Assembly (NCBI RefSeq): GCF_009914755.1
Contig: NC_060947.1
DNA length: 64,000 bases
From: the human T2T-CHM13v2.0 reference genome, Homo sapiens
Strand: one strand, 5' to 3'
Numbering within the stretch: position 1 is the first letter of the stretch; each line of letters begins with the position of its first letter. Both the position numbers and the translations under genes were made by a program. Below the pieces are notes generated by a model. The model saw only the letters and a list, made by a program, of their open reading frames with translations. It searched no databases and was not told the DNA's origin. Shown one piece after another: positions 1 to 27,343 of this stretch.

Positions 1-2
1 AT

Positions 3-680
<678 letters not shown>

Positions 681-892
681 TGCTCTCTCTTAGTTGCAAC
701 ACACATATGTGCACAGATGTACACACATGCACACATGCATGTAGGATACCTTGCTGGATGTAGGCCTATGATCGGCAGCCCAGCACCAAGATAAACAATA
801 GTGTGAAAAAATATCCTAGGTCTTTGTTAATAATTGAAGCTAGTGCTACCATAATTTTACACCAAAAATGCCCTATCAAGAAAAAGAAACGT

Positions 893-1647
<755 letters not shown>

Positions 1648-2648
1648 CTAAGCTATGGACCCTTTGCGAAGTCAGTGACTGGATCCAGCCTCATGGCTGG
1701 GCTGACATTGCAGCTTCAGAGCTACTCTAAGCTACTTATGACCTTGGCCCAAATTGTGGGTTCTCTGAGCAAGGACAGGGTGGTGAGCACAGCAAGAGGG
1801 CAGGATGCGTGCATTGCAGGGTTTTTTGGAACAGGGGTGAAATTAACCCAGTCGGGGCTGGCCTATCCAATGGTTGCACCTGTGAGTCTAAGACAGGAGC
1901 TACAGAGGCAGCCATTTCCTGAAACTTGACAAGTGGGGAGCAAAAGAGAGTCTGTGACTCTTGAGGATGAGAGCATCTCCTTCCTACTCCTCCCCTCTTG
2001 GAGGGTCTGTGCTGGGTACTTGAGCAATTCCATCCCAGCAGGTGCAAGTGGAAGCATTTATAGCTGTACAATGTCTAGGTGGAAACTAGAGGATGGGGGA
2101 TTACTATTTCTCCCATCCACTTTGCCTTGAGCTTGGCTGCCTCTGGGCCCTAGGGGAGCCTGTGCTCCACATATCAAATTACCCTACACTTCCACCCTCA
2201 GAGATCCATTTCAATTCACATGGCCTCCCTCCTAAAGCTTTACTAGCCCACCCAATCGCACTGGTTGAAAGGTTGCTTAAGGTGGATCTGTCATTTCTCT
2301 TCTCATCTCAACTTCAGTACAGGTCATATGGAGTTCTGGGAAGAATGCCAAGGGACTCTGATATGTTTGTGCTTAAATATTGTGGTAATCAAATATTATG
2401 TGAAATAAGTTGGCCATCAGCCAAAGATTGGAGCTCTTGTTAGTTAAACAGAGATTTGGCAGTGCTAACATTGGATGTGATAGTCTTTGCACTTGATGTC
2501 GATTACTGTGACTTCTAGTTATTTTACATTTTTCTCCAAATAGCACCTAATCATAACCATCAGTTAGACTTTCAGCATTTGAAGAATTAACAGCCTAGAT
2601 CTGGACTCTAAGGCCCTCGATGTGTAATTCTGTGAAGCACATATTTTC

Positions 2649-2774
2649 TTTTTTTTAATGTACTGTTTTATTCACTAATGCCTCCAGGTATATTTCTCTC
2701 CCTATGAACAAGGACATGCATAGTAGAAGTCACATCTTAAAAATAAGTTTGAGTATAAATCTGTGGATTGAAAC
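2649..2774 (-). pseudogene. Short 5'-truncated retroposed polyadenylated fragment with 16-bp TSD
   Basis: Perfect direct repeat tgaagcacatattttc at 2633-2648 and 2775-2790; T8 at 2649-2656; minus-strand AATAAA at 2667-2672. Confidence 0.75.
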
Positions 2775-2815
2775 TGAAGCACATATTTTCATCTGATAGG
2801 TTCCAAAGTTGATGT

Positions 2816-4783
<1,968 letters not shown>

Positions 4784-5281
4784 CTAGGCAGAGAGATAGG
4801 TAAAGGGAATAAAAGAATGTTGCATACAGCTGTGTGGTGCCTGCACCCGAGCTCAAACTAAACCAAGCACAGCAAAACTACAGAGGAAACAGACCCAACC
4901 CACTGCCCACAGCTGGTGGGCAGGCGTTTTTTGTCAGCTATCCCCTCCCTCTCAATTCTGCCCTGGATCCTGTCTTCTGTAGTCAAAATGAACTCTACAG
5001 CCATACTGAGCCAGCCAGCTCCCTTACAGAATTTCCACTGGGTCTCACATAGCTCAGTTTCCCCCCAAGATATGGCCCTATACTCTGATCTGGCCAGGGG
5101 AAAAAAGTAATTACAGCCAGCTGTTTACAAAAAACAGGCAGAGAGATAAAAGAAGAGGGGAGAGACACTCTCGCAACTAAATCAGAATGACACACTATTT
5201 AACCTAATTACCTGCAAAGCCGTATCCAGCCATTAAGGATCCATATTCTGTAATAGAATTTCCTGCTATGGAAATACTCAC

Positions 5282-5396
5282 CCACGCACAGGATGTTGAA
5301 GCAGAAGCCCTGGCTGACGGACTTATTCACCAGCTGGTCAGGCAAGCTGTCAAACCCCACATGTCCAGCCAGGGGGACAGTTCGGCAACCTTCACC
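5282..5396 (-). CDS. SEPTIN6: Septin-6 coding exon 2 (115 bp; [38 protein letters not shown] + first base of G)
   Basis: Polypyrimidine tract and AG (ttttctccctcactccttccaaattag|GGT) at 5397; donor G|GTGAGT at 5281. The peptide has the septin signature [10 protein letters not shown]...[10 protein letters not shown] that precedes the G1 P-loop. Not present in the ORF track. Confidence 0.97.
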
Positions 5397-5699
5397 CTAA
5401 TTTGGAAGGAGTGAGGGAGAAAATGAAAATGTGCTTAAAAGCAGTCTGGGTCTCGCTTCTCCATCCAAATGTTCGCTGTGCAAGGAAGTCACACCCACCC
5501 AGGCCCAGTGTGTCATCTCTTCCCTCAGCTACTCCCTGCTCCAAAGCAAAATGGCCCGTCAGCTTGGAAATCACAGATTCTTGGGGACAGGCATCCTCTA
5601 GGCTCAATAGTGAATGTCGCCACAGCTCCAGAGAAAATTACAGAGGAGCTTATTAGGGGCAGGAGAGTGGAGTCAGGGGAGGAGAATGCTGGCACCGAG

Positions 5700-6790
<1,091 letters not shown>

Positions 6791-7679
6791 CTGCTGTTGT
6801 TATTCACTGTGGGGTTATCCTTACACCCCCAGCCTGAAGGGTACTGCATGGAACACTGTGGCTCCTATGGCTACAAGAAGCTGCCTCCGTGCTTCCTCTG
6901 GGTCCCTTGACTCCCTAAGGGTCAGCGAAGCCACTCCCAGCCCTGGAAAGCAGAGGGCCTTTGCTTCGCCTGCAAGGCCCAAAGCTGCTTATAGTTAATG
7001 ATTTTACAAAACAGGAGGAGACTCAAACTGGAACAGGATTCCAAGGAGCCAGGGGGAAGCATAAAAGGGGCCTGCGTGGAGCGTGGACTCAAGAAATGTG
7101 CCAAATACCAACCAACGGCCACAGGGGAGGGGAGGGGACAGGGGAGAAGGGAGCTTGAGACAGCTGAGCTAGACAAGAAGGGAGTACTATGTAAGGAGTC
7201 AGTTTCTGTTGGGTGGGGTTGCACCAAGCTTTCCATAACTAGAAAGATGCCAAGAGCAGTCCAAGAAGGGCACGGTTAGTGCCAGGAGGCCCAGCCCAGC
7301 ATCACAGGCTGCACTAAGCAGGCAGCTCTTCTGTTGGGCTGGACCACCTTTTAGACTAGGTCCATAATAAGGGCACATTTTCACACTGAAAGGGGTGGGC
7401 TGTGAGGGTGGTGGAGCCTCTCAGCAGCCAACTTTGTCAGAACCGGCTCCCAGATAGCCCCTTCACACAGCTTTAGATCTCACTCCCATCGGTGTCACTA
7501 GATCCTGTGAGGGCAAGCGACAGGGCTAGTGCCGGTGAATGCCATGTGGCAAGTTCATTACCCTCACACATCTCACCCCACACCCTCCCAGTGGAGAACT
7601 CTTAACAGACAACCATATGCCATCATTCAGTGAGAGTTGGTGTATTCTCTGCCCCAGGGGGTCCCCTGAAGACACCTGA

Positions 7680-14509
<6,830 letters not shown>

Positions 14510-16853
14510 AAGTTCCCACAGGTTTTAAAAACAATTCTCAAATGCATCCAACACATCAAATATCAGAATGTCCCTCATGCTAATTAAGCCAGGCTAAGAG
14601 GAAACTGAGTAGTAGCAATGCCCTATCCTGGGAAAGAGAAATGTGGGGGCTGTTCTAAGGAGAAATAAGGCCTGCAAAAGCTGGCAGCACCCCCAAGGGG
14701 CCTCAGAAATGCCCTTCAGTTGGGGAGCAGTTGTGCTGAAGAAGCACAAGACAGACTATCCTTACCAGACAGAGGAGGAGGCCCATTTTTGGCAAATCCA
14801 ATAGATGAAACTGATTTTAATACACAAGATAAATTCCAGAGTGGCTTTTCATTCTATAAAAGGATTCACAGCAGGATTCCATTAAGTAGCCGGCTCTTCT
14901 ACTGCATTGAAAGCAGGATTCAATAGACAAACATTCAGCTGTCATGTACCTTTATAGGAAGACAATAGCTATCTACACCTACATGGACAGGCAATATCTG
15001 AAGGGTTGTTTCTGTTCCACTTACCGAGAGCCTGCTGAGCTAAAAGCATAGATCGACCTTCCCTACAACTCTCTCCCCACCCAGCTCAAGGGGTCAAAGC
15101 AGGGAAGGGGTGGGGTTCAATTCTGCCACCTCATTCGGAAGCAGACGCAGGCAAGGACCTAAAAGAAATGAGGCTGGAGAAAAAGGAAACATAAGCACCA
15201 TACAATGTTAGAGCTGGAAACGCCCTTAAAGATCACCTAATCCAGCCCTTTCGTTTCACAAAAGGGGAAACAGAGACTCACAGAGAGGAAGTGACTTGGC
15301 TCACGTCACAGACTGATTTAGTGACAGAGAATAGTGCTAGGATCCAGGCCCCTGTCGAGCCAACGGCCACTCTCAAATGGAAAAGCTGACTCAAGTGGCA
15401 CATGTGTTTCTTTAGACTGGTAAAATTCCGGGACATTGAGCTTCTGGCTTGATGCTGGTCAGGGGCAGAAGGGTCAAGGAACCGAATCTGGAAACCCGTG
15501 AGCTCCCCAAGGTGGTTCTGGCCCACAGAAGGCAACTGAAGCAGTCAATGCGGTGGAAGGCACTCATTGTGTGTTCCTGCTCTCTACTCACTTCCCCACT
15601 TTTTCCTCCTGTTTCCCTCTCTTTTGACTGCGGCCTAAGTCTCAGCCTGGCCAGCTGCCCAGTTCTGCTGAAGAACCCCAAGACTAACACAAGCCTAAGT
15701 CTAGGTCAAATATCCCCACCTCAGGCCAGGGGTGACCCTTGCTCAGGGTGAGTGAAACTTTCCCACAAAAGCCAGCCAGATTCCCTGGAAGCCAGACAAT
15801 TGAAAGAGAGTTTTCTAGGTGTTCTGGCTATTGTTACCTCCAATCTGCTAAAAAAGAAAAGGTTTACCCACAGGCCTCTGGGTGAATGCCCAACTGCCCT
15901 CTGGGGAGCCTGAATTTGCCTCTGCCTCCATCTGGTCTTGTTTAATGGGGATCTGAAAAAAACCCAGTTCCTGCCTCAGCGCCAGTGTTCAGAGCTGGGG
16001 GCCTCCAATGTGAAAGGAAACCGAACACGACCTCACACCTCATCAGGGCCAGGAAAACAGAGTTCTGCCCCGTTACCCCAGGGCCTTCATTCCGGGTCAG
16101 AGAGGGCCATGGCAGGGGAAACCTGAGCCCTGAGGCCTCTCGCTAAGAAGGCCTGCAGATCTTTTCCCTGGTCACCTTTAAGTGAGTGGAAGGGCCGGCT
16201 GAGAGCGCGCTGCATAATTCAGCAGATGGCTGCCTCTAATGAGAAGACACTGAAGAAGAGGATAACATTATTTCTCACCCTCCTGAGCATGTGGCCTCCT
16301 TCCTCTGTGCAGGCGGCAGAGAAACCCACGGTTTCAAATCCCAGCAGCAGAAGCCTCCTCCTGCCAAACTGAGGAGGAAGGGTCTGTGTTTCTAATTTAT
16401 TCTGCGCCCCCCACTCCAGTTGTTACTTAAAATAATCCATCATTACATGGCTGGTGGCTCCAAGATTTTTATTTAAAGCAATATGGAGAAGAAAAAATAA
16501 AAAAGAAAACCCACACAACCCGTGACTGTGCTATATTGGATTTAAGCTGAGAATCTTTTTAATATCAGAGAGTCTCCGAATCACCCTAGTATACTCTTCC
16601 CTGGGCCCTATGGGAGTGCTGAGGGAGTGTAGTGAAAAGAGGGGGAAGAGAGGTCATGGCAGGATTTTGATGTCTTAGAAACATCATGAAAAGACAAGTG
16701 TTTTTAAACAAGGAATCTGTGTCATCTGGTGGGTGTTTAATCGTATCACCCACTGACCAGCAATAGCACTTCGGACTAAGTAACTTGGTCTCCCTACACC
16801 CATTAAATAAAGGGAACAGTAATACTTGTCCAGGAAGCCATTGGGGAAAATGA

Positions 16854-20485
<3,632 letters not shown>

Positions 20486-22149
20486 CTAGCCACACTTAGG
20501 TTTATTCTCTAGTCTTCTGTTCCCAAACCCTGAATACATGTTCCTTGGAGGAAACAAGCAGCAACCAGATGTCCAAGGTCTCCTGAGTTAACTCCGTCTT
20601 CCCTGGTGAATTACAACTTATTGCAGACACAAAGGAGAACAGAGAGACAAATGACACATAAACAGGAGCTTCACTGGCTGGGGGAGGGGGGCATGGAGAG
20701 TGACGTCAGTTTTCCCAGAAACCCATTTATCACGATAACAAGGTCTCGAGTGCTTAGGCTGCTCTTTCAGCTTCAGAATCTGGCGTACAATTATGTTCTT
20801 CATCATACAGTATGGCAAGGCCAGCCAGAGCAAACTGGAGCCATGCAAAGCAAACCAAGTGGCCCTAAAGCACCCCCTCACCCCCATCTGCAGAACAAAG
20901 GGCATCTCTAGGTTGCCTGAGTTGTGCCTGAGGTGAAACACACACAACCTTCTGGAATGTTCCCCATTGCAACATCTGCCCTGCAATCCTAATCCAGGCA
21001 AGAGAAACTGGTGAGAGTATGGAGGACAGGTCGATGCAAATTCATTAGCTGACATGAAAAATCATTAGCGTCATTTTTGGATGGAGCTAGTGTAATCCCA
21101 GAGATTAATTCCTCTACTTCAGCTATACCATCTCTGAAATGCAGGTAACCAGGAGCAGAAAAGCCACAGCAGAAAAGAGGGAGCCCTCAAAACACTAAAG
21201 CAATAAACAACGAGAGTGCCAATCTTGGGGGAAGAAAATTCTCTCAAATTGCATCATCACAGAGAATGTCCCCTGTCTACTCCTGGTCCTTCCACAACAT
21301 GACTGCATAAAGTGCTCTGTGCTAGGGTGTGCAGGGGGTGGAGGAGGTTCCAAAGAAATGATCCTGCCCTTCCAAACAGGGACAAAAGAGACATTAATAC
21401 ATATTCTGTAGAGAAAATATTATCAGATTCTGGCTTCAGATTTTGTAAAATCAATTTCAATTACACCAAATACCTAGAGGCTTTTTTTTTGTACTGTAGT
21501 TGCATTGCATGAACTATTTTCCTAAATAAGTAAGCTACAAGGTTGAAAAACATTTTTATGTGGTTCAGAGATTTTCGTCAAGTAGTATGTGGTGTCATGG
21601 GATTTGACCTACCTCTGTCTCCCACTCCTTCCTCACCTCGGGGTGCTGGTGGGCTTATTAAAGTCCCAGATACCCATGGATGAATAGAATAGCTAGGGTG
21701 TCCCCCCCAAATGGAATTCATCGCCCTTTGCAACCAAACTTCTGGTTTAAAAAACAAACATGGAGCCTCAGGTCACTTCAACATGGTTTCTCTGCACATC
21801 CCAGGCTGGAAAACTTCAGTTCTTTAAATGAAGATTTTTTTTTTCCCAGAGTCGGTCGCCAACAAAAAAAGAGACGGCACCGCTTTTGCGAGTCTCACAC
21901 TTATTTTCCTGAGTCTCCATAGAAAGAAGCCAGCTCCACAGGTTTTGGCACACAAGCCCAGTTACACTGAACATGCACCCGAGACAGATCCTCAGAGGCC
22001 CGCTCAAAAACATGCCAAAATACGCAGCCAGCCACCTACAGGCCAGCCAACTGCACCCCACACTGACGCACAAATGAGACCCAGAGGCACACAGCACAAG
22101 CAGACAGAGAGGCGTTCGGACACACACCACAGAGGTGAGCACACTCAGA

Positions 22150-23600
22150 GAAACACGCGGACTTCTTTGGGTCACAGACAGAACCCCGGCGCCGCCGCCG
22201 CCCGCCCGGGAAGACACGAGCGCGCGCGCGTGCACACATACGCGCACACCGATACACACACAGACGCAGTCACATATGTAATGCATATAGAGAAACCCTA
22301 TCCCAGCCAGTCACCTCCCCGCCCCCCTCGCCACTCACCGCCTTCTGCCCCAGGCTAACCCCAGCCCCGCGCCTCTTTGCCTGTGCGGTCCCGGGTCACA
22401 ACGGGCAGCCGTGCGCAGGGGCGCGGCAAGGCCAGGGTGCCAGGGACCCGGAGGGCTCGGCGGCTCCTACGGCCATTCATTCGGCAACGCCCCAGCCGTG
22501 GGGCCGCAGCTGCAGCGAGGGAGGCGGTGGCGCTCACTGCGGCTCTTGGGCAATGCAAGTTCAGCCGCCGGCCCGCAGGTTTTGCCTGCCCCCCTGCCGC
22601 CCCCCGCCCCCCGCGCGCCACCACCGTTTTCCGGGACAGGCTGAGGGACTGAGCTGCTGACCCCGGGAGCAGAAGTCCCACCGTGCCCTTGGCTCCTGGA
22701 TGCTGCCCACTGCCCTCCTCGCGATGTGGCGGCGGCGGCCAGGTCTCCTTGACCCTCACCAGGCCCTCGGCCCCGGCCCTGGCACCCAAGCTCTGCACTT
22801 ACCACCTGGCGAGCTATATCGGTCGCTGCCATCGCTCCTGCGTCCGCCAGGGCTGCCACGGGTGCCGCCGCAACGGGAGCTACTGCACAGGAAACAGAGG
22901 AGCTCCTCCGACAAAGAGAAAGTGTTACACTTCGGGCGCGACCAAGTCCGGTGGGGGGAGGTGCAAGGGAGGGGCCCCCTCGCCGCTGCTCCAACCCCAA
23001 CCTCCCCTCTACCGCCCACCCCTTGAAAGTAGGGTATGGAGAGGGGGCGGATTTAACGCGCCGCTTCCCCCTATGGCCAGCCCAGTTCCAGTTCTTCCTG
23101 CAACCCCAGCCATAGGCTTCTACGAAGGGGGGCGGGGGCTCCCCTCGGTGACCACGTCCTCTGCCCCCCCCGCCACTTGGCTCCGTGGTACGTCCCGACC
23201 TCTGCTGAATTGTCACACCCCCCTGCTCTCCTTTACATCCCTAAGTCCCCAGACCCCGAAGGCTGGAAGGGAGCCCCCGCCCCTCCCCCCTCCCATACTC
23301 TGCTCAGCGGCCGAGCTCTGCAGTTCTCCTCCCGGCCCCCGTTACCCCCCTTCCTTTCCACCGAGATCCCAAGGTGCTTAGATGGGTGCGCCTTGGCCGC
23401 TGGAGTCTCGATGCCCCACTGTCGTGTCTCCCTCCCTCCATGGCCCGGGAGCGCAGCTGCGGCCGAGGTACCGGGGAGGCCTGCGGCACCTGCCGCTCCA
23501 CAGTAGAGCTTAGAAAGGGGGCCCGTGGGGGGAGCCGCACTGCAGCCCGGCAACTGAGCTGAGCTGTGGCATGTGGGGTCCGAGGCTAGAGGTCTTGAGA
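22150..23600 (-). promoter_or_regulatory. SEPTIN6: CpG island / TATA-less SEPTIN6 promoter and 5' UTR (TSS probably ~22950-23150)
   Basis: Very high GC and CpG density against CpG-depleted flanks; GC boxes (GGGGCGG near 23045 and 23129); surrounds exon 1. TSS position is inferred. Confidence 0.9.
22803..22832 (-). CDS. SEPTIN6: Septin-6 coding exon 1 (MAATDIARQV), phase-0 donor
   Basis: Minus strand reads GCG ATG GCA GCG ACC GAT ATA GCT CGC CAG GTG|GTAAGT: strong Kozak context and canonical donor at 22802. Peptide matches the septin-6 N-terminus as I recall it and joins in frame to exon 2. Confidence 0.97.
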
Positions 23601-23799
23601 CGCTGCTTCTGCCCTGGGGTTTCCAAGCCTTGGGTGCTGTGGGCTGTAATTTCGTGGAGCCAAGCTCACCACCTTTGGGTACCTAGTACAGACGGAACCC
23701 ACGCCTCCTCTCTCCGACCCAGCCCTAGACGCTCAGCAAGACCACCCACCCCTTCTAGTACCAGAGGAAGGGCTGGAGATGAAGGTTCTCAGCTCTATG

Positions 23800-23960
23800 G
23801 AGCGAAATGGAGGGGCGGGTGACGGGGAGCGGCCTCCAGTCACTCTGTCCCGCCCCCTGATTTCTCCTTGACCCTCATTCAGCCCGGGACAAGGCGGCCA
23901 ATAGGGCGCAGAGGAGAGAACTTCCGAAGGCAGGGGTGCGCCCGCCCGCCCTCCTTATCC
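23800..23960. promoter_or_regulatory. Second promoter-like module (CCAAT box + GC boxes + ETS core)
   Basis: GGCCAATAG (CCAAT 23898-23902); GGGGCGGG ~23812; CCCGCCCC ~23849; GCCCGCCCGCCC ~23940; CTTCCG 23921. Confidence 0.55.
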
Positions 23961-25494
23961 CCGTGGCCCACCTCCGCGGGTCCTCTCTCGTGGGCACCTC
24001 TCCACTTCTCCGGCCTTGGCGCCCTCCCCTCTCTCTTGGGACTGGCCTCTTGCTAGCTCCCTGTCACTGGAGCACGCTGGCAGATTTGGCATGCCCGAGG
24101 CCCCAGCGGGAGGGACAGTACATTCCACTCCTCAAAAGGGCAGGTTCCCTGGTGTGGGAGAGAGACCTGGGCCCGCCAGAGGGACCCCAGATGGGGGAGG
24201 GGATGACAAGGCTATGGAGGAAACCCGGGCCCAAGAGGGGGCCCCAATGGAGCATGGAAGATGACCCCGTAAAGGCCCAAGGCTGGAGCAGCTGAGGAGG
24301 AGGCAGGAGAGAGGGAAAAAGAAAAGAAGGAACCAGGGAGAGAGAGGAAGAAGGGACTCGATCCAGAGGCCCTGGTCTCGGAGAAGTCAGGGAAGACAAG
24401 AAAATGGAGTAGCCAAAGAAGAGCATGCCTGGCACTTGGTTCCACCTGCTGGATGGAGCTTCTCACACTCTCTCGGGAAGCCCTTTATGTATGTACCCTG
24501 TGCGCCTGGAGAACAAGGACTCAGCAAACGCATCCCAGGGCCGAGTGCAGGGCCTCGCAGTCAGGAGGCACTCTATTAAGCTGAGGGCAGAGAACTTGGA
24601 TGCGTGCGAGGGGGGCGGGGAGAAGAAAGAAGAGACACAGTGAGGGAATAGCAGTAAGGACAGTCATGAAGAGCCAAGTATTCAGGGAGCGCCACTGTGC
24701 GCCTTCATTGTGCTGGAGACCCAGGAGCGGCCTAAAGAGAAGAGCCTGGCAAAATCAGGGATCAGCGCAGAGGAGCTCCGCGAGACAGAAGGCGCAGGCC
24801 ATAGGGCGGATGGCGGTGGCAAGGAAGAGGGGCAGCTGGAGTCTTTCAGACTCTCTGGAGCTTTGGGGCAGGGCCTGAGCCCTGGACTGGGTTGGCAGTG
24901 ACACGGGGGACCAGTGCTATATCTGAGGAACCACGGTGAGGCTTGGGCCCCAACCGCATGGGGGCGGGGAGTCAGAGGTGACTGGCGGCTTCCAGGCTGG
25001 GTGTCTGGGACAGGGCTCTTCCCTGGCAAAGGCTAGGGCGTGGTGGACTGAAAGGCCCCGAGGTCACTAGCCCCGATCTGGACTTGGGGTTTGGGTGGTG
25101 GTGGGACAAAAGGGGAGAATTTGGAAGCCAGAGCAGAAAGCTGCTGCCGGAACGGGAGGGGACTGGAGGGCTGCGGGTCTCCCGGGAGAATCCCCCACGC
25201 ACTGCCCCGCCCGCCTTAGCACTCCTCGCGGACTGAAGCTCCGTACTTACCGGCCCAGCGCTGGGGGCACCTGAGCACGGAATCCTTGGTGTCTCATCCA
25301 TATGCCCCATTCGGCCCTCCTGTCCCTAGAGACTACCAGAACCTCACTGCGTCCTCCTCCTCCAAAACGCTGAACCTCGAAGACCTGAACTAAGTGCTTA
25401 ATTCAAGTCTCCTGGGACCCTTTGGTTCCTCCAATACCTGCCCACCTGCGGCTACAAGTCCCTCCTGGGGCCTGGGCCTCCAGCCTCCTTCGGT

Positions 25495-25670
25495 GGGGTG
25501 TGGGTCAGTGTGTGTGTTGGTCTTGATGTGTGAGTAGATGTGTCGGTGTGTTCGTGTGTATTGTCAGTGTGTGCTAGCTGTGTGTCTGTATATCTGTGTG
25601 TCAATGTGTGTGTTGGCATGTGTTGGTGTGTCAGTGTATTTCAATGCATGGTGAGTGTATGTGTGTCAAT
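25495..25670 (+). repeat. Degenerate (TG)-rich low-complexity tract
   Basis: gtgtgtgttgg...tgtgtgtc motifs repeated throughout. Confidence 0.85.
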
Positions 25671-25800
25671 ATGGAGAGAGGTGTTAGCTCACTAGCTTTA
25701 CATACCTTATCTCACTCAGTGCAGTGGGCCGACGACTGAGACGTGTGAATCAGAACATTCATTTCAATAAAGAGGTTTGGAAACTCTCTGGGATCATGCC

Positions 25801-27170
<1,370 letters not shown>

Positions 27171-27343
27171 TTGGAGGAGGAAGACAAGGTGAAGCAGGGA
27201 AAATGATCCGGGATTCACCAAATCCAGACAGTGCCAATTAAATCAGAAACTCTGTGAAGGGGCTGAGTCAAAATGAACTAAAGATCCCTTTCCTCAATTC
27301 TGCATTATCACCTGCTGCCCCTGGTTTTGCTTTAGTTTCTTTC

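Noticed and set aside
22754-22763. Downstream donor-like CTG|GTGAGG after exon 1
   Set aside because: Would extend exon 1 by 43 nt (frameshift) and is weaker than the GTAAGT donor.
21816-23822. Long overlapping ORFs in the CpG island (e.g. 249 aa, 232 aa, 176 aa)
   Set aside because: Stop-codon scarcity in GC-rich DNA. Only the 10 codons of SEPT6 exon 1 are supported; the 249-aa ORF reads through the splice donor.
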